Below, piece by piece: positions 29,748-39,228 of a stretch of DNA of 64,000 nt. The stretch covers positions 18,424 through 82,423 of the forward strand of contig JAADIG010000137.1 of NCBI GenBank assembly GCA_013151445.1. Reading direction: 5' to 3'. A model generated the notes under the pieces. The model was given only the letters and a program-made list of their open reading frames with translations. It did no database searches and was not told where the DNA came from. The position numbers and the translations under genes are program-made. The stretch comes from Actinomycetota bacterium (GTDB lineage Bacteria > Actinomycetota > Acidimicrobiia > Spongiisociales > UBA5794). Positions within the stretch are counted from its first letter, which is position 1. The number at the start of each line of letters is the position of its first letter.

Positions 29748-30662
29748 ATGGGTTGGGTCGTAGGTCTCGTTGTTGGTATTGCCATCGTGGCGGTGTTTGT
29801 GTGGGTGCGGCGCATCTCGGTGGCGGCAGGACCGAGCGAGGCATCTCGCGAGGTTCCCGTTTCCGGACTGACCCTCGACGTTCTCGAGTTCATCCCATCA
29901 CTTGAACAGATAACGGTTGTTTTCGATGCTCCGCTCCCCGATGGCGATATCGGCGATGTGCTGCGTGATCTGTTGTTCGACGAGGCGCTACGAGTCGTCC
30001 GCCAGAAACGCCAGAGTGGTCTCCCTATCGACGGTATTGCAACGATCCGTGTGATCGGCATGCGCAACGGTGAACGTGTTGAGGTTGGTGTTCTCGAAGT
30101 AGAAGAACCGGGTGAGCTGCCGGAGCCGCCCGCGGTGCCGTTGCCACACATGCGAGCCACGGGGGACCCGTTCCGCGGCATGACGCAGGAGGAGTTGGAT
30201 CTGGCTCCGAAGCTCAGGGACCGTTCCGGCGAGGACGGCATCGAACCGGTTGGTGAGATGTTGCGGTTCTCGGAACGAGTCGATGCCGGCCTGCGACTAC
30301 GAGGTGTTGATCCATCCTCGGCTTCGCTTGCGGCGTTGACGACCACCTTGTTCGAACTCGCCGGTTACACCATCGACATACTGTCGCAGGACTCCTTCGT
30401 GGCGGCCCGCGACGGCGTCAAGACCTATGTTGCGATTGTGCCCCACGGCAGCGATGAACATCCCGAACTTCAGCCATCGGAGATGACCTCGTTCGTTATC
30501 GACTTTCAGCAGTCCCGTGCGAATCGGGGGATTTTGGTCACCGACAAGTTCGGACCGTTCGACATCTATGCGATGGAAAAGCGGGTTCCCGATGTGCGGT
30601 TTGTGCCGCACGAGCGACTCCAAGCCTTCGTGGATTCGTTCGCACTCGATTGGGACAACTAA
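29748..30662 (+). CDS. Membrane-anchored hypothetical protein with degenerate Mrr-like C-terminal domain
   Basis: N-terminal TM helix; C-terminal LFELAGYTI...DSFVAARDGVKTYV...F...RANRGILVT resembles the Mrr_cat fold pattern. Confidence 0.6.
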   Translation: MGWVVGLVVGIAIVAVFVWVRRISVAAGPSEASREVPVSGLTLDVLEFIPSLEQITVVFDAPLPDGDIGDVLRDLLFDEALRVVRQKRQSGLPIDGIATIRVIGMRNGERVEVGVLEVEEPGELPEPPAVPLPHMRATGDPFRGMTQEELDLAPKLRDRSGEDGIEPVGEMLRFSERVDAGLRLRGVDPSSASLAALTTTLFELAGYTIDILSQDSFVAARDGVKTYVAIVPHGSDEHPELQPSEMTSFVIDFQQSRANRGILVTDKFGPFDIYAMEKRVPDVRFVPHERLQAFVDSFALDWDN

Positions 30663-30713
30663 CGAAGGTCGCAATCCGGGTAGAATCACCTTGTCCATCA
30701 AGGAGACCAACCA

Positions 30714-30884
30714 ATGTTCAGCAATCTCGGTGGTGGCGACTTTATCTGGATCCTTCTCATTGTCGTGGTCCTGTTCGGAGCCGCCAAGTTACCCAAGCTC
30801 GCCCGTTCGCTCGGTGCGTCTGCTTCCGAGTTCCGCAAGGGCCTCGAAGACGGTGCCGAGCAGGAACCTCCAGACAAGGAATAA
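30714..30884 (+). CDS. tatA: Twin-arginine translocase TatA (56 aa, below the ORF-track cutoff)
   Basis: MFSNLGGGDFIWILLIVVVLFGAAKLPKLARSLGASASEFRKGLED; RBS AAGGAG; TAGAAT -10 at 30681. Confidence 0.92.
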   Translation: MFSNLGGGDFIWILLIVVVLFGAAKLPKLARSLGASASEFRKGLEDGAEQEPPDKE

Positions 30885-30987
30885 CCACTCGACACGCGGC
30901 GATCGTTGTTCGTCGCGCAATATTCCCGTCCGCCCGGGAACCGATCCCAAAACACCGGCGTTAGCTAGGTGGAGAATCGGGGAAGAC

Positions 30988-31497
30988 ATGGCAGAAGAAC
31001 TCGTACCCGACTGGGAAGACGTGGCTCGTCGTTATGGGCGGAAAATCTACAACTATGCGTACCGGCTTACCGGTAATCCTGACGACTCTGCCGACCTCGT
31101 CCAGGAGGTCCTGCTCAGGGTCCGCAAGGGTCTACAACGCTACACGCCCGGATCCTTCGAGGGATGGCTGTGGCGTATCACCCGAAACGCCTTCCTTGAC
31201 GACGTCCGTCGCCGCAAGCGACGACCCACGGTTCCTCTCGGTGACGACGACCGCGGCATTGGCAATCCCAGCCCGTCTCCCGATGAGGTGCTCTCCTCCG
31301 TCCGGCTTTCCGAGGATGTCCAAGCAGCGCTGCTCAAGCTCCCGATGGACTTCCGGGAATGTGTCGTGCTTTGCGACGTTGTGGGACTTACCTATGACGA
31401 AATATCCGACGCCGTCGACATACCGGTGGGGACTGTCCGCAGCCGTATCCACCGCGGCCGCAAGATGCTCAGGGACACGTTGACATGGCCTCTGTAA
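30988..31497 (+). CDS. sigE: ECF RNA polymerase sigma factor, SigE-like
   Basis: AYRLTGNPDDSADLVQE, YTPGSFEGWL, VVLCDVVGLTYDEI, GTVRSRIHRGR; start at ATG 30988. Confidence 0.9.
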   Translation: MAEELVPDWEDVARRYGRKIYNYAYRLTGNPDDSADLVQEVLLRVRKGLQRYTPGSFEGWLWRITRNAFLDDVRRRKRRPTVPLGDDDRGIGNPSPSPDEVLSSVRLSEDVQAALLKLPMDFRECVVLCDVVGLTYDEISDAVDIPVGTVRSRIHRGRKMLRDTLTWPL

Positions 31498-32114
31498 TAC
31501 ACGCGTGTGCGGTCGGGGAGTTGCTTTCGGCCTACCTCGACGGCGAACTCACGCGTGACGAGTTACATGTTGTGGTGGAACATCTCGACTCGTGTTTGGA
31601 GTGCATTGCGGAGTTCCACGAACTGCGCGATGCGCGCACCATGTTGCGCACACTGCCACGTCTTGAGGTCCCCGATCGTGCGCTCCCGGATATCCACTAC
31701 GGTGCCGAACTTTCGGCGTACCTCGACGGCGAACTCCCGACTGGGGAGCAGCCAGTGGTTTTTGCACACATGGCGCTCTGTGAGAAATGCCGCAACGAGC
31801 TCTATGAGTTAGATGCGGCCCGCACGGCTGTCCGTGCGCTGCCACGCCTCGATGCGCTGCCCGACGGATCCGCCCACGGCCGCGATGGTGATGCCAACGT
31901 AATCCCATTGCGACGCGGACGACGCTCCTGGTTAGCAGCGAGTGTTGCCGCGGCGGTCCTGGTTCTTTTCGTCTCCCTCACGAGCAGCGACCCGCAGGGC
32001 CCCGTTCTCGACCTTGAAGTGTTCAGCAACCAGCATGTCGCAAGGGAGTCGGTTCAGTCACCGGCGTCGCTGTTTAGCGCCGAGCTGACCGCCGTCGACG
32101 TGAGCAATCCGTGA
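31485..32114 (+). CDS. Anti-sigma factor with two tandem zf-HC2 (ZAS) domains and one TM helix
   Basis: LSAYLDGEL...HLDSCLEC and LSAYLDGEL...HMALCEKC, 62 aa apart; TM WLAASVAAAVLVLFV. Confidence 0.88.
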   Translation: MASVIHACAVGELLSAYLDGELTRDELHVVVEHLDSCLECIAEFHELRDARTMLRTLPRLEVPDRALPDIHYGAELSAYLDGELPTGEQPVVFAHMALCEKCRNELYELDAARTAVRALPRLDALPDGSAHGRDGDANVIPLRRGRRSWLAASVAAAVLVLFVSLTSSDPQGPVLDLEVFSNQHVARESVQSPASLFSAELTAVDVSNP

Positions 32115-33034
32115 GTTCGCATCGTCTTGTCGCCACGCTTCTGGCGGGTCTTGTTTCGGTCGCCCTGGTTGCACCCGCCAGCGCCGATGACACCATCGCG
32201 ACGGACCAGTCGCGCAACGAGATCTACAGCGGCGTTCGTGTTGTCGTGAGCATCTGGGACGGTGTTGCGTCGGCGGGTGTGTATGACATTGAGCACATTG
32301 GGGACATGGAGTATGTGTCGATCGACGGTGCGTGGCTCGTCCTGGGGGAAGGCTCCGCGACCTCCGGTGGTGGTGGCATGGCACTCGCCGGTTGGTCCGA
32401 CATTGCCCTGTCGGATAAGTATCAGGTTCGATCTGCGGTGGGGAAGTCGATGCTGGGACGGACCACCCGAATGGTGGAGGTCATGGAGGGGGATCTGGTG
32501 CGAAGCAAGTTCCGCTTCGATATCCGGACCGGAGCGCCGTTGTCCACAAAGATCTTCGACGGTGACGGCGAGCTGTTCCGGTCATCGACGATGGTGTCGT
32601 TCGGCAGAGCCAATCTGCGTCTGTATCGAGAACTACTGGAAACCGGCACTCAGGACATCATGATGTCCGTCGCGCTCGGTGATGCGCTGCCCGAGAAGGT
32701 CGCGGGGTATCAGGTCGCCGACGTGTACGAAATGAACGGTGGGGGCCAGCAGGTGTTCTACTCCGATGGCCTCTTTTCGTTCTCTGTATTTACCCTTGCG
32801 AAGAACACGACCGTGAGCGAACTCGCCGAAGCTGACGAAGTCACGATTGGGTCCGGGAAGTACCGCAGGTTCGCTTCGCCAACGGTCGTTTGGGTGACTT
32901 GGACGGCTGGTGACGTGACCTACGTGCTTGTGGGTGACGTGCCACCCGACCACCTGGAGGCCGTCCTTGCCGAGCTACCGAAACCGTCGCGGGGGAACTT
33001 CTTGACCCGCTGGTGGGGAAGAATGTTCGGCTAA
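32111..33034 (+). CDS. Exported MucB/RseB-like sigma-E regulatory protein
   Basis: Signal peptide ending APASA; LGRTTRMVEV, YSDGLFSFSVF, YVLVGDVP typical of MucB/RseB; GTGA overlap. Confidence 0.78.
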   Translation: MSSHRLVATLLAGLVSVALVAPASADDTIATDQSRNEIYSGVRVVVSIWDGVASAGVYDIEHIGDMEYVSIDGAWLVLGEGSATSGGGGMALAGWSDIALSDKYQVRSAVGKSMLGRTTRMVEVMEGDLVRSKFRFDIRTGAPLSTKIFDGDGELFRSSTMVSFGRANLRLYRELLETGTQDIMMSVALGDALPEKVAGYQVADVYEMNGGGQQVFYSDGLFSFSVFTLAKNTTVSELAEADEVTIGSGKYRRFASPTVVWVTWTAGDVTYVLVGDVPPDHLEAVLAELPKPSRGNFLTRWWGRMFG

Positions 33035-33042
33035 ACGAACCC

Positions 33043-34239
33043 TTACCGGAGTTCCGCTCGTGCGACAACCATGCGGTGTACTTCGTCGGGGCCGTCGGCG
33101 ATTCGCAGAGTACGTGCAAATGCGTACATGCGCGAGAGGCCAAAGTCATCACCAATACCGGCGCCACCGTGTGCCTGGATTGCCTTGTCAATCACCCACA
33201 GCGCGGAATTCGGTGCCACTACCTTGATGGCTGATACGTCAACACGGGCTGCTCGGCTGCCCATCGTGTCGATCTTCCAAGCGGCATGCATGACAAGAAG
33301 TCGGGCCTGATCGATGCGCATGCGTGACTCGGCGATCCATTCCTGGATAACCGCGTTGTCGGCCAGCGGGCCCCCGAATGCCTTGCGTAGCTTCACCCGC
33401 TTCTTCATCATGTCGAGAGCCCGTTCGGCCATGCCGATAACCCGCATGCAATGGTGGATGCGTCCCGGTCCGAGACGAGCCTGGGCGATCTGGTAACCCG
33501 ATCCTGGTTCTCCAATGATGTTTGCCGCCGGGACCCGCACATTGTTGTAGGCGATCTGGCTGTGGCCACCTCGTTCGTGAAATCCGAACACCGGGAGGTC
33601 GCGTTCAACGATCATGCCGGGAGTGTCCATGGGGACCAGGATCATGGAGAACCGCTGTTTCGGCGGTGCATCGGGGTTGGTGACACCCATCACGATCGAG
33701 ATCTTGCACTCCTTCGAGGAAGCCCCGGTGATCCACCACTTGCGGCCGTTGACCACGAAGTCTTCCCCGTCGGCAACGATCGACGTTTCCAGGTTGCGAG
33801 GGTCGCTGCTGGCAACCCGCGGCTCTGTCATCGAAAACGCCGAACGAATCTCTCCGGCGAGGAGTGGAACCAGCCACTCCTGCTGCTGGTCATGGGACCC
33901 AAACGTTGTCAGCACTTCCATATTGCCGGTATCGGGGGCGGCACAGTTGGTTGCCTCGGGTGCGATTTCGGCCGAGCGCCCCATGATCTCGGCGAGTGGT
34001 GCGTAGTCGACGTTGGAAAGACCGGGTCCCCATTCGTCGTCGGGCAGGAACAGGTTCCAAAGACCCTTTTCCTTGGCGATCTCCTTGAGAGCCCGCAGAA
34101 CCGAGGTACCGGAGTACGGATCGTCGGATGCTTCCATCTCGGCGAGGTTGGCCTTCTCGGCTCGGTAGACGTGCTCGTCCATGAATGTGAGCAATTCCTC
34201 ACGTAGACCCTCACACCGCTCACTCATTCCGAAATCCAT
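33043..34239 (-). CDS. Acyl-CoA dehydrogenase (FadE1/ACAD10-11 type)
   Basis: GLWNLFLP, NCAAPDTGNMEVL, SMTEP, NGRKWW, QARLGPGRIHHCMR, RIADGPDEVH; RBS AAGGAGG. Confidence 0.94.
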   Translation of the reverse strand: MDFGMSERCEGLREELLTFMDEHVYRAEKANLAEMEASDDPYSGTSVLRALKEIAKEKGLWNLFLPDDEWGPGLSNVDYAPLAEIMGRSAEIAPEATNCAAPDTGNMEVLTTFGSHDQQQEWLVPLLAGEIRSAFSMTEPRVASSDPRNLETSIVADGEDFVVNGRKWWITGASSKECKISIVMGVTNPDAPPKQRFSMILVPMDTPGMIVERDLPVFGFHERGGHSQIAYNNVRVPAANIIGEPGSGYQIAQARLGPGRIHHCMRVIGMAERALDMMKKRVKLRKAFGGPLADNAVIQEWIAESRMRIDQARLLVMHAAWKIDTMGSRAARVDVSAIKVVAPNSALWVIDKAIQAHGGAGIGDDFGLSRMYAFARTLRIADGPDEVHRMVVARAELR

Positions 34240-34319
34240 ACCGGCCTCCTTAGGTTCGGAGGCTACCCGCACAACCCGATACGACACAAAATCAGTAACG
34301 ACGTTTCCGGACGAGCGGA

Positions 34320-34994
34320 TCAGTCGGCGTTCGGGAACTTTGCGGTCACGATGTACGTGACGTGTTCGCCGATATTGACGGCGTGGTCGGCGATTCGCTC
34401 GAGGAACCGTCCGACGCGTGTGAGCGCAACCGCCGTCGTGAGGCCAATCTCATCCGCCTGCTGGCCGATCTCGGTGTAGAGAATCGACACCAGGTCATCG
34501 ACCACGTCGTCCGCGGCGTCGAGGGTGATTCCGGCATCGGCTGGAAGCTCGGCGATTGCGGTCACGCACTGTCCGAACACCGACCCGACCGCCGCCACGA
34601 TGTCTGCAATGCGCGCCCGCAGCAGGGGATTGTCGGGGAATCCTCCTTCGCGTTCGAGCATCTTTGCGCAGTTCACGACCAAGTCCCCCGAGCGCTCGAT
34701 CTCATACAGCATGCGGGTCGCCGAAACGAGGAAGCGCAGGTCGCTCGCAACGGGTGCCTGGCGGGCAATTGTTTCGAACGTCGAGGTGTCGAGACGGGTG
34801 TACATTTCGTTGATGGCGAGATCCGCGTTCTTGATCTCAGGCACGAGGTCGAGTCTGCTTTCGGCCATCGCAATACCTGCCCGGTCGAGGTTCTCGAGCA
34901 CGAGCGACCCCATTGTCTCTAAGCCGGACTGGATCTCGCCGAGCAGCGACGAGAATCTGCTGCGAAGGTCATCGTCTGAGGTTGGTATGTTCAT
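34320..34994 (-). CDS. phoU: Phosphate uptake regulator PhoU
   Basis: ARQAPVASDLR, EIERSGD, DDVVD, ERIADHAVNI. Confidence 0.93.
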   Translation of the reverse strand: MNIPTSDDDLRSRFSSLLGEIQSGLETMGSLVLENLDRAGIAMAESRLDLVPEIKNADLAINEMYTRLDTSTFETIARQAPVASDLRFLVSATRMLYEIERSGDLVVNCAKMLEREGGFPDNPLLRARIADIVAAVGSVFGQCVTAIAELPADAGITLDAADDVVDDLVSILYTEIGQQADEIGLTTAVALTRVGRFLERIADHAVNIGEHVTYIVTAKFPNAD

Positions 34995-35004
34995 GGGAGC
35001 CTCC

Positions 35005-35910
35005 CTAGCCGAACCGGCCGGTGATGTAGTCCTCGGTCGCTTGCTGATTCGGGTTCGTGAAGATGGTACCGGTCCCGGCGTACTCGACGAGGTATCCGGT
35101 GCGTTGTCCCTGGTCGTCCACTCGAATATTGAAGAAGGCCGTACGGTCGGATACCCGGGCGGCCTGTTGCATGTTGTGAGTCACTATGACGATCGTGTAG
35201 TCGTGCTTGAGATCCTGCATGAGGTCTTCGATGCGCAGCGTCGCGATGGGGTCGAGCGCCGATGCGGGTTCGTCCATAAGCAAAACGTCGGGGTTGGTGG
35301 CGATCGCTCGTGCAATGCACAGACGCTGTTGTTGTCCACCGGACAACGCGTAGGCCGAGGTCTTGAGCCGGTCCTTTACCTCGTCCCACAATGCGGCACG
35401 CTCAAGCGCGTCGCGGACAACGTCGTCCATGTCCCCGGAGAAACCGGCGATCTTCGGTCCGAACGCAACGTTGTCGTAGATCGACTTCGGGAATGGGTTC
35501 GGTTTCTGGAACACCATGCCGATACGCCGCCGGACCTCCACAGCGTCAACACTTTTACCATAGAGGTCGACACCGTGGTAGGAGATCGAGCCCTCGATCC
35601 GTGCGATCTCGATGATGTCGTTCATCCGGTTGAAGCAACGTAGCACGGTCGATTTGCCGCACCCCGAGGGTCCGATAAGTGCGGTGATCTCGTTCTTATG
35701 GATCTCCATGGAAACACCTGCGACGGCGACGTTATCGCCGTAACGAACACTGAGGTTACGGACGTCGAACACGGCCTCCCCTGTCGGACCGGTCTCGGGT
35801 GGGTGTTTCGAGGGTGAGTCGGCGAGTGTGACCCTCGGAGTCGATCTTGCGACGACCCCCGGTTCGGGTACGGATGGGGAAATGGACATTGCTTCGGTTA
35901 GATCAGTCAC
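35005..35910 (-). CDS. pstB: Phosphate ABC transporter ATPase
   Basis: [49 protein letters not shown]; GTG start overlaps pstA stop. Confidence 0.95.
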   Translation of the reverse strand: MTDLTEAMSISPSVPEPGVVARSTPRVTLADSPSKHPPETGPTGEAVFDVRNLSVRYGDNVAVAGVSMEIHKNEITALIGPSGCGKSTVLRCFNRMNDIIEIARIEGSISYHGVDLYGKSVDAVEVRRRIGMVFQKPNPFPKSIYDNVAFGPKIAGFSGDMDDVVRDALERAALWDEVKDRLKTSAYALSGGQQQRLCIARAIATNPDVLLMDEPASALDPIATLRIEDLMQDLKHDYTIVIVTHNMQQAARVSDRTAFFNIRVDDQGQRTGYLVEYAGTGTIFTNPNQQATEDYITGRFG

Positions 35911-36857
35911 TGTTGGTTCCGATCGAATCGGTTTCGGATAATGATGGCGGCCGCATTCGCTGTGAGGAGCATTGCGAGGAGTACGACGATCGCCGCGGGC
36001 GCCAACGTATCGGCGAACTGGACATCGTTTTGTTTGCTCCATGAAAGGATAACCACGGGCAGGGCCGTGTAACTACCGGTGACCCGTTCGACGAACGTGG
36101 CGTCCGCTGCCGCGGCGAAGAACCCGGTTGCCACACCGATGACAAGCAAAGGCGCGGTTTCGCCAAACGCCCGTGCGATGGCCAGGACCGCACCGGTGAG
36201 GATCCCCGGCGCAGCCGACGGTATTACCTGGTGGCGAATCACTTCCCATTTGGTAGCTCCGACCCCGAAGCCTGCTTCGCGGATCGTCTGTGGAACGGCG
36301 CGGAGGGCTTCCGATGTTGTGATGATCACGATCGGTAGCACGAGCACTGCCATGGTGACACCGGCGGCGAGAATGTTACGCCCGCTGCTTGTCCCTGACA
36401 GCCCGATGAGGTTCACGACCCGGACAAAAATCGCCAGGCCGAGGAGGCCGTAGACGATCGACGGGACGCTGGCGAGATTGCGAACATTCGTGCGCAGCAG
36501 ATTGGTGAGCCGCCCCCGCGATGCGTATTCCTCGAGATAGACAGCGGTGCCGATACCGAGTGGAAACGCGATGACAGTCACCAGCGCCGCAATGCCGGCC
36601 GAACCCACGATCCCGGACCAGACCCCGGCTGTCGCCGGATCGAGCGACAGCGGGGATGTGATGAAGTCGAGACCGCGCTCCTGGAACGTTGGTACCGCTC
36701 CGGCCGTGATGCTGGTGAGCAGGGTCACGAGGATGAGGAGCGACGTCAACAGGGCCATGAGCAGCGCTGCCCGAAATACGATGGAACCGATCGGTACCCG
36801 TTTGCCAGCAAGGTGTTGGGCGACGATCTCGGTCGTTGTGGGAGCTGACACGACCAT
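35907..36857 (-). CDS. pstA: Phosphate ABC transporter permease PstA
   Basis: [37 protein letters not shown]. Confidence 0.94.
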   Translation of the reverse strand: MVVSAPTTTEIVAQHLAGKRVPIGSIVFRAALLMALLTSLLILVTLLTSITAGAVPTFQERGLDFITSPLSLDPATAGVWSGIVGSAGIAALVTVIAFPLGIGTAVYLEEYASRGRLTNLLRTNVRNLASVPSIVYGLLGLAIFVRVVNLIGLSGTSSGRNILAAGVTMAVLVLPIVIITTSEALRAVPQTIREAGFGVGATKWEVIRHQVIPSAAPGILTGAVLAIARAFGETAPLLVIGVATGFFAAAADATFVERVTGSYTALPVVILSWSKQNDVQFADTLAPAAIVVLLAMLLTANAAAIIIRNRFDRNQQ

Positions 36858-37822
36858 CAGTAGCGCTCCTGGACACGTCTGACTAGCCGATCACTAGCAA
36901 TGTTGAGGACGAGGGTCATGAGGAAGAGGAGCAGCGCGACTGCGAAGAGGCTCTGGAATGCGGTCCCCTCACCAACTACCTGATCCGATCCGGTCGCCAG
37001 TGATGCAATCGCGGCGGTCATCGTTTGTCCCGGTCCGAGAACGTTGAAGCTCCGCAATGATCCTCCGACGGCGCCAGCGGCCATGAACACGACCATTGTC
37101 TCGCCGATTGCGCGCGAGATCCCGAGAATCATTGCCGCCACGATTCCGGATGCGGCCGCCGGGTAGACCACTCGGCGGACCGTTGTCGAGCGACGCGCAC
37201 CGAGACCAAAGGCGGCTTCGCGTAGATGCTTGGGAACCGCCCGCATCGCATCCTCGGCGACCGACGCAATGATCGGAATTGTGAGGACCCCAACACCGAT
37301 CCCGGCGGCCGCCATCGAGAACACCGACGCATCCGTGAAACGTTGGACGATATTCGGGCTAATCCAAACGAGTGCAAAAAAGCCGATGACCACCGAGGGT
37401 ATGCCAGCGAGAATCTCGATGATTGGTTTGAGCACACTGCGAGCACGAGGACGGGCGAACTCGGAGAGGTAGGTCGCCGTTCCGAGGCCGAGAGGTGCTG
37501 CGACGACCATTGCGAGCAACGTAATGAGCACGGTGGCGCCGACGATGGTGAGCAAGTCAAAGAGGCCTCGGCGTGGAAACCAACCCAGCGTCCACAGGGG
37601 ATTCCCATCGCCGAAGTCGAGGCCGGATACAAAGGTCGCGGATTCGCGGAGGAGTGTCGTGATGATGGCGATGCTGACAGCGAGCGACACGGCCGCCATA
37701 GCGATGAGGAGTCGGCGTACCCGTCGTTCACGCCGGTGGCGTTTTGGGCTGCCGGTGAGGTCCATACCCTCCATCATCCGCCTCCTTCGGCGTGTGGTCG
37801 TAGGCGGGAGGGACTGCTGCAT
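36857..37822 (-). CDS. pstC: Phosphate ABC transporter permease PstC
   Basis: YLSEFA, ILAGIPSVV, EDAMRAVP, SRAIGETM. Confidence 0.94.
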   Translation of the reverse strand: MQQSLPPTTTRRRRRMMEGMDLTGSPKRHRRERRVRRLLIAMAAVSLAVSIAIITTLLRESATFVSGLDFGDGNPLWTLGWFPRRGLFDLLTIVGATVLITLLAMVVAAPLGLGTATYLSEFARPRARSVLKPIIEILAGIPSVVIGFFALVWISPNIVQRFTDASVFSMAAAGIGVGVLTIPIIASVAEDAMRAVPKHLREAAFGLGARRSTTVRRVVYPAAASGIVAAMILGISRAIGETMVVFMAAGAVGGSLRSFNVLGPGQTMTAAIASLATGSDQVVGEGTAFQSLFAVALLLFLMTLVLNIASDRLVRRVQERY

Positions 37823-37922
37823 GTGCTCGGCCGTCTCTCCCGCCCTACGAATCTATCGAACATGGCGGTCTCCCGGAGCGGTGTCCAGGACCGCTGGTGG
37901 TGCGGGGGACAGACCCGAATGG

Positions 37923-37954
37923 CCCCGGTCGCAGCGGGCCGGCTGCGACCGGGG
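37923..37954 (-). other. Intercistronic hairpin after pstS (likely mRNA stabiliser or partial terminator)
   Basis: 13-bp perfect stem CCCCGGTCGCAGC / GCTGCGACCGGGG. Confidence 0.6.
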
Positions 37955-38015
37955 GAACCAGTGGTGTTCCGCACATCATGATGGGGGTACTGCGTCATTC
38001 GGGGAGCCTCGGTAT

Positions 38016-39041
38016 CTAGCGCTGGTCCCACGCCGCGATGGTCGCTTCGTAGGATGCCAGCGGGATGTACGCAGCCTCTGCAACGGAGCGGAGGCCTTCC
38101 TCCGAGAGGTAGAAATCCACGTATGCTGCGACGGCGGGTTTCTCCGCCGCTTTTTGTGTGTTGATGTAGAGATAGAGAGATCGGGCGAGTGGGTAGGTTC
38201 CCGATGCGATCGTTTCGGTCGTCGGGAACACACAGCCGTCACCTCCGTCGATCTCGATCGCTTTGACCTTGTCCTGGTTCTCGACGAAGAAGGCGTATCC
38301 GACCCATCCGAGTGAGGTCGGCGATGAGGACAGTCCCTGGATGATCACGTTGTCGTTCGGGGACGCGACGTAGTCGGGTCGGGTGGCCTTCTCGGTGTCA
38401 CGAGTCTTGGCGACCGGCTTTAGTGCGAGTGAGATGAACGTGTCGTAGGTGCCGGATTCCTCGCCGGGTGCGGTGACCGCGAGAGGTACGTCCGCGTAGG
38501 GGGCAACGGTGGATCCGAGTTGGGCTGCGAGATCGTTGGCGTCACTCCAGCTGGAGAACCCGGTCGACTCGGAACCGAGCAGGGCGTACAGGTCCACGAA
38601 CGCCAGGCACTTGACGTCGTTCTCGAGACCGGTGAGCACCGAAATACCATCGATGGCGATCTCAAGTTCGATGTAGGAAATGCCGGCCTGTGAGCAGGCT
38701 TCGGCCTCGGAGTCCTTGATGCGTCGCGACGCATCGGAGATGTCGGTTTCTCCGGCACAGAACTTCTTGAAGCCGTCACCGGTTCCGGGTCCTTCGACGG
38801 CGATGGAGACGTTCGGGTTGGTGGTGTTGAACTTTTCGGCGTTGAGTGCGGAGATTGGTTCGACGGTTGATGATCCGGAAATGAGGACCGAGCCGGTCAA
38901 CGCATTGGAGTCGGATGAGGCTGGAGCTGTGGAGGCCGGGGGTGAAGTAGTCGTTGGAGAGTTGCTTGAGGTGCTGCATGCGGCGGCCACAAGGGCAAGG
39001 GCGAGGACGAAGATGAGCGGTTTCGACAACCGGGATATCAT
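38016..39041 (-). CDS. pstS: Phosphate-binding lipoprotein PstS
   Basis: Lipobox VAAAC; SGSSTV, GTGDGFKKFC, ASRRIK, SGTYDTF, YPLARSLY; start reset to ATG 39041. Confidence 0.93.
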   Translation of the reverse strand: MISRLSKPLIFVLALALVAAACSTSSNSPTTTSPPASTAPASSDSNALTGSVLISGSSTVEPISALNAEKFNTTNPNVSIAVEGPGTGDGFKKFCAGETDISDASRRIKDSEAEACSQAGISYIELEIAIDGISVLTGLENDVKCLAFVDLYALLGSESTGFSSWSDANDLAAQLGSTVAPYADVPLAVTAPGEESGTYDTFISLALKPVAKTRDTEKATRPDYVASPNDNVIIQGLSSSPTSLGWVGYAFFVENQDKVKAIEIDGGDGCVFPTTETIASGTYPLARSLYLYINTQKAAEKPAVAAYVDFYLSEEGLRSVAEAAYIPLASYEATIAAWDQR

Positions 39042-39154
39042 TGGTGGAGTTCCTTCCATACCTATATTCAAGGTTGCATATCGGGAGGTCCGACATGCGT
39101 CGGATCCATCCGACGTCATGGACGCTACGGAGACGAGTTGACCATGGAGGAGTG

Positions 39155-39176
39155 TCAGAGTGAACGCAATGTGAAT
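39155..39176 (-). promoter_or_regulatory. PHO-box-like direct repeat between pstS and senX3
   Basis: Minus strand ATTCAC...GTTCAC at 11-nt spacing (39176-39171, 39165-39160), the actinobacterial PhoP/RegX3 repeat geometry. Confidence 0.6.
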
Positions 39177-39228
39177 TCTTTGTGTACCCCAGCAGCGCCC
39201 CATCACCGATGTCGTATAGTTGCCCGGC

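Noticed and set aside
30517-30987. N-terminal extension of sigE in the ORF track
   Set aside because: Overlaps tatA and the upstream gene; sigma homology starts at ATG 30988.
34525-35643. 372-aa plus-strand ORF across phoU/pstB
   Set aside because: Antisense to two well-supported genes; no domain signal.
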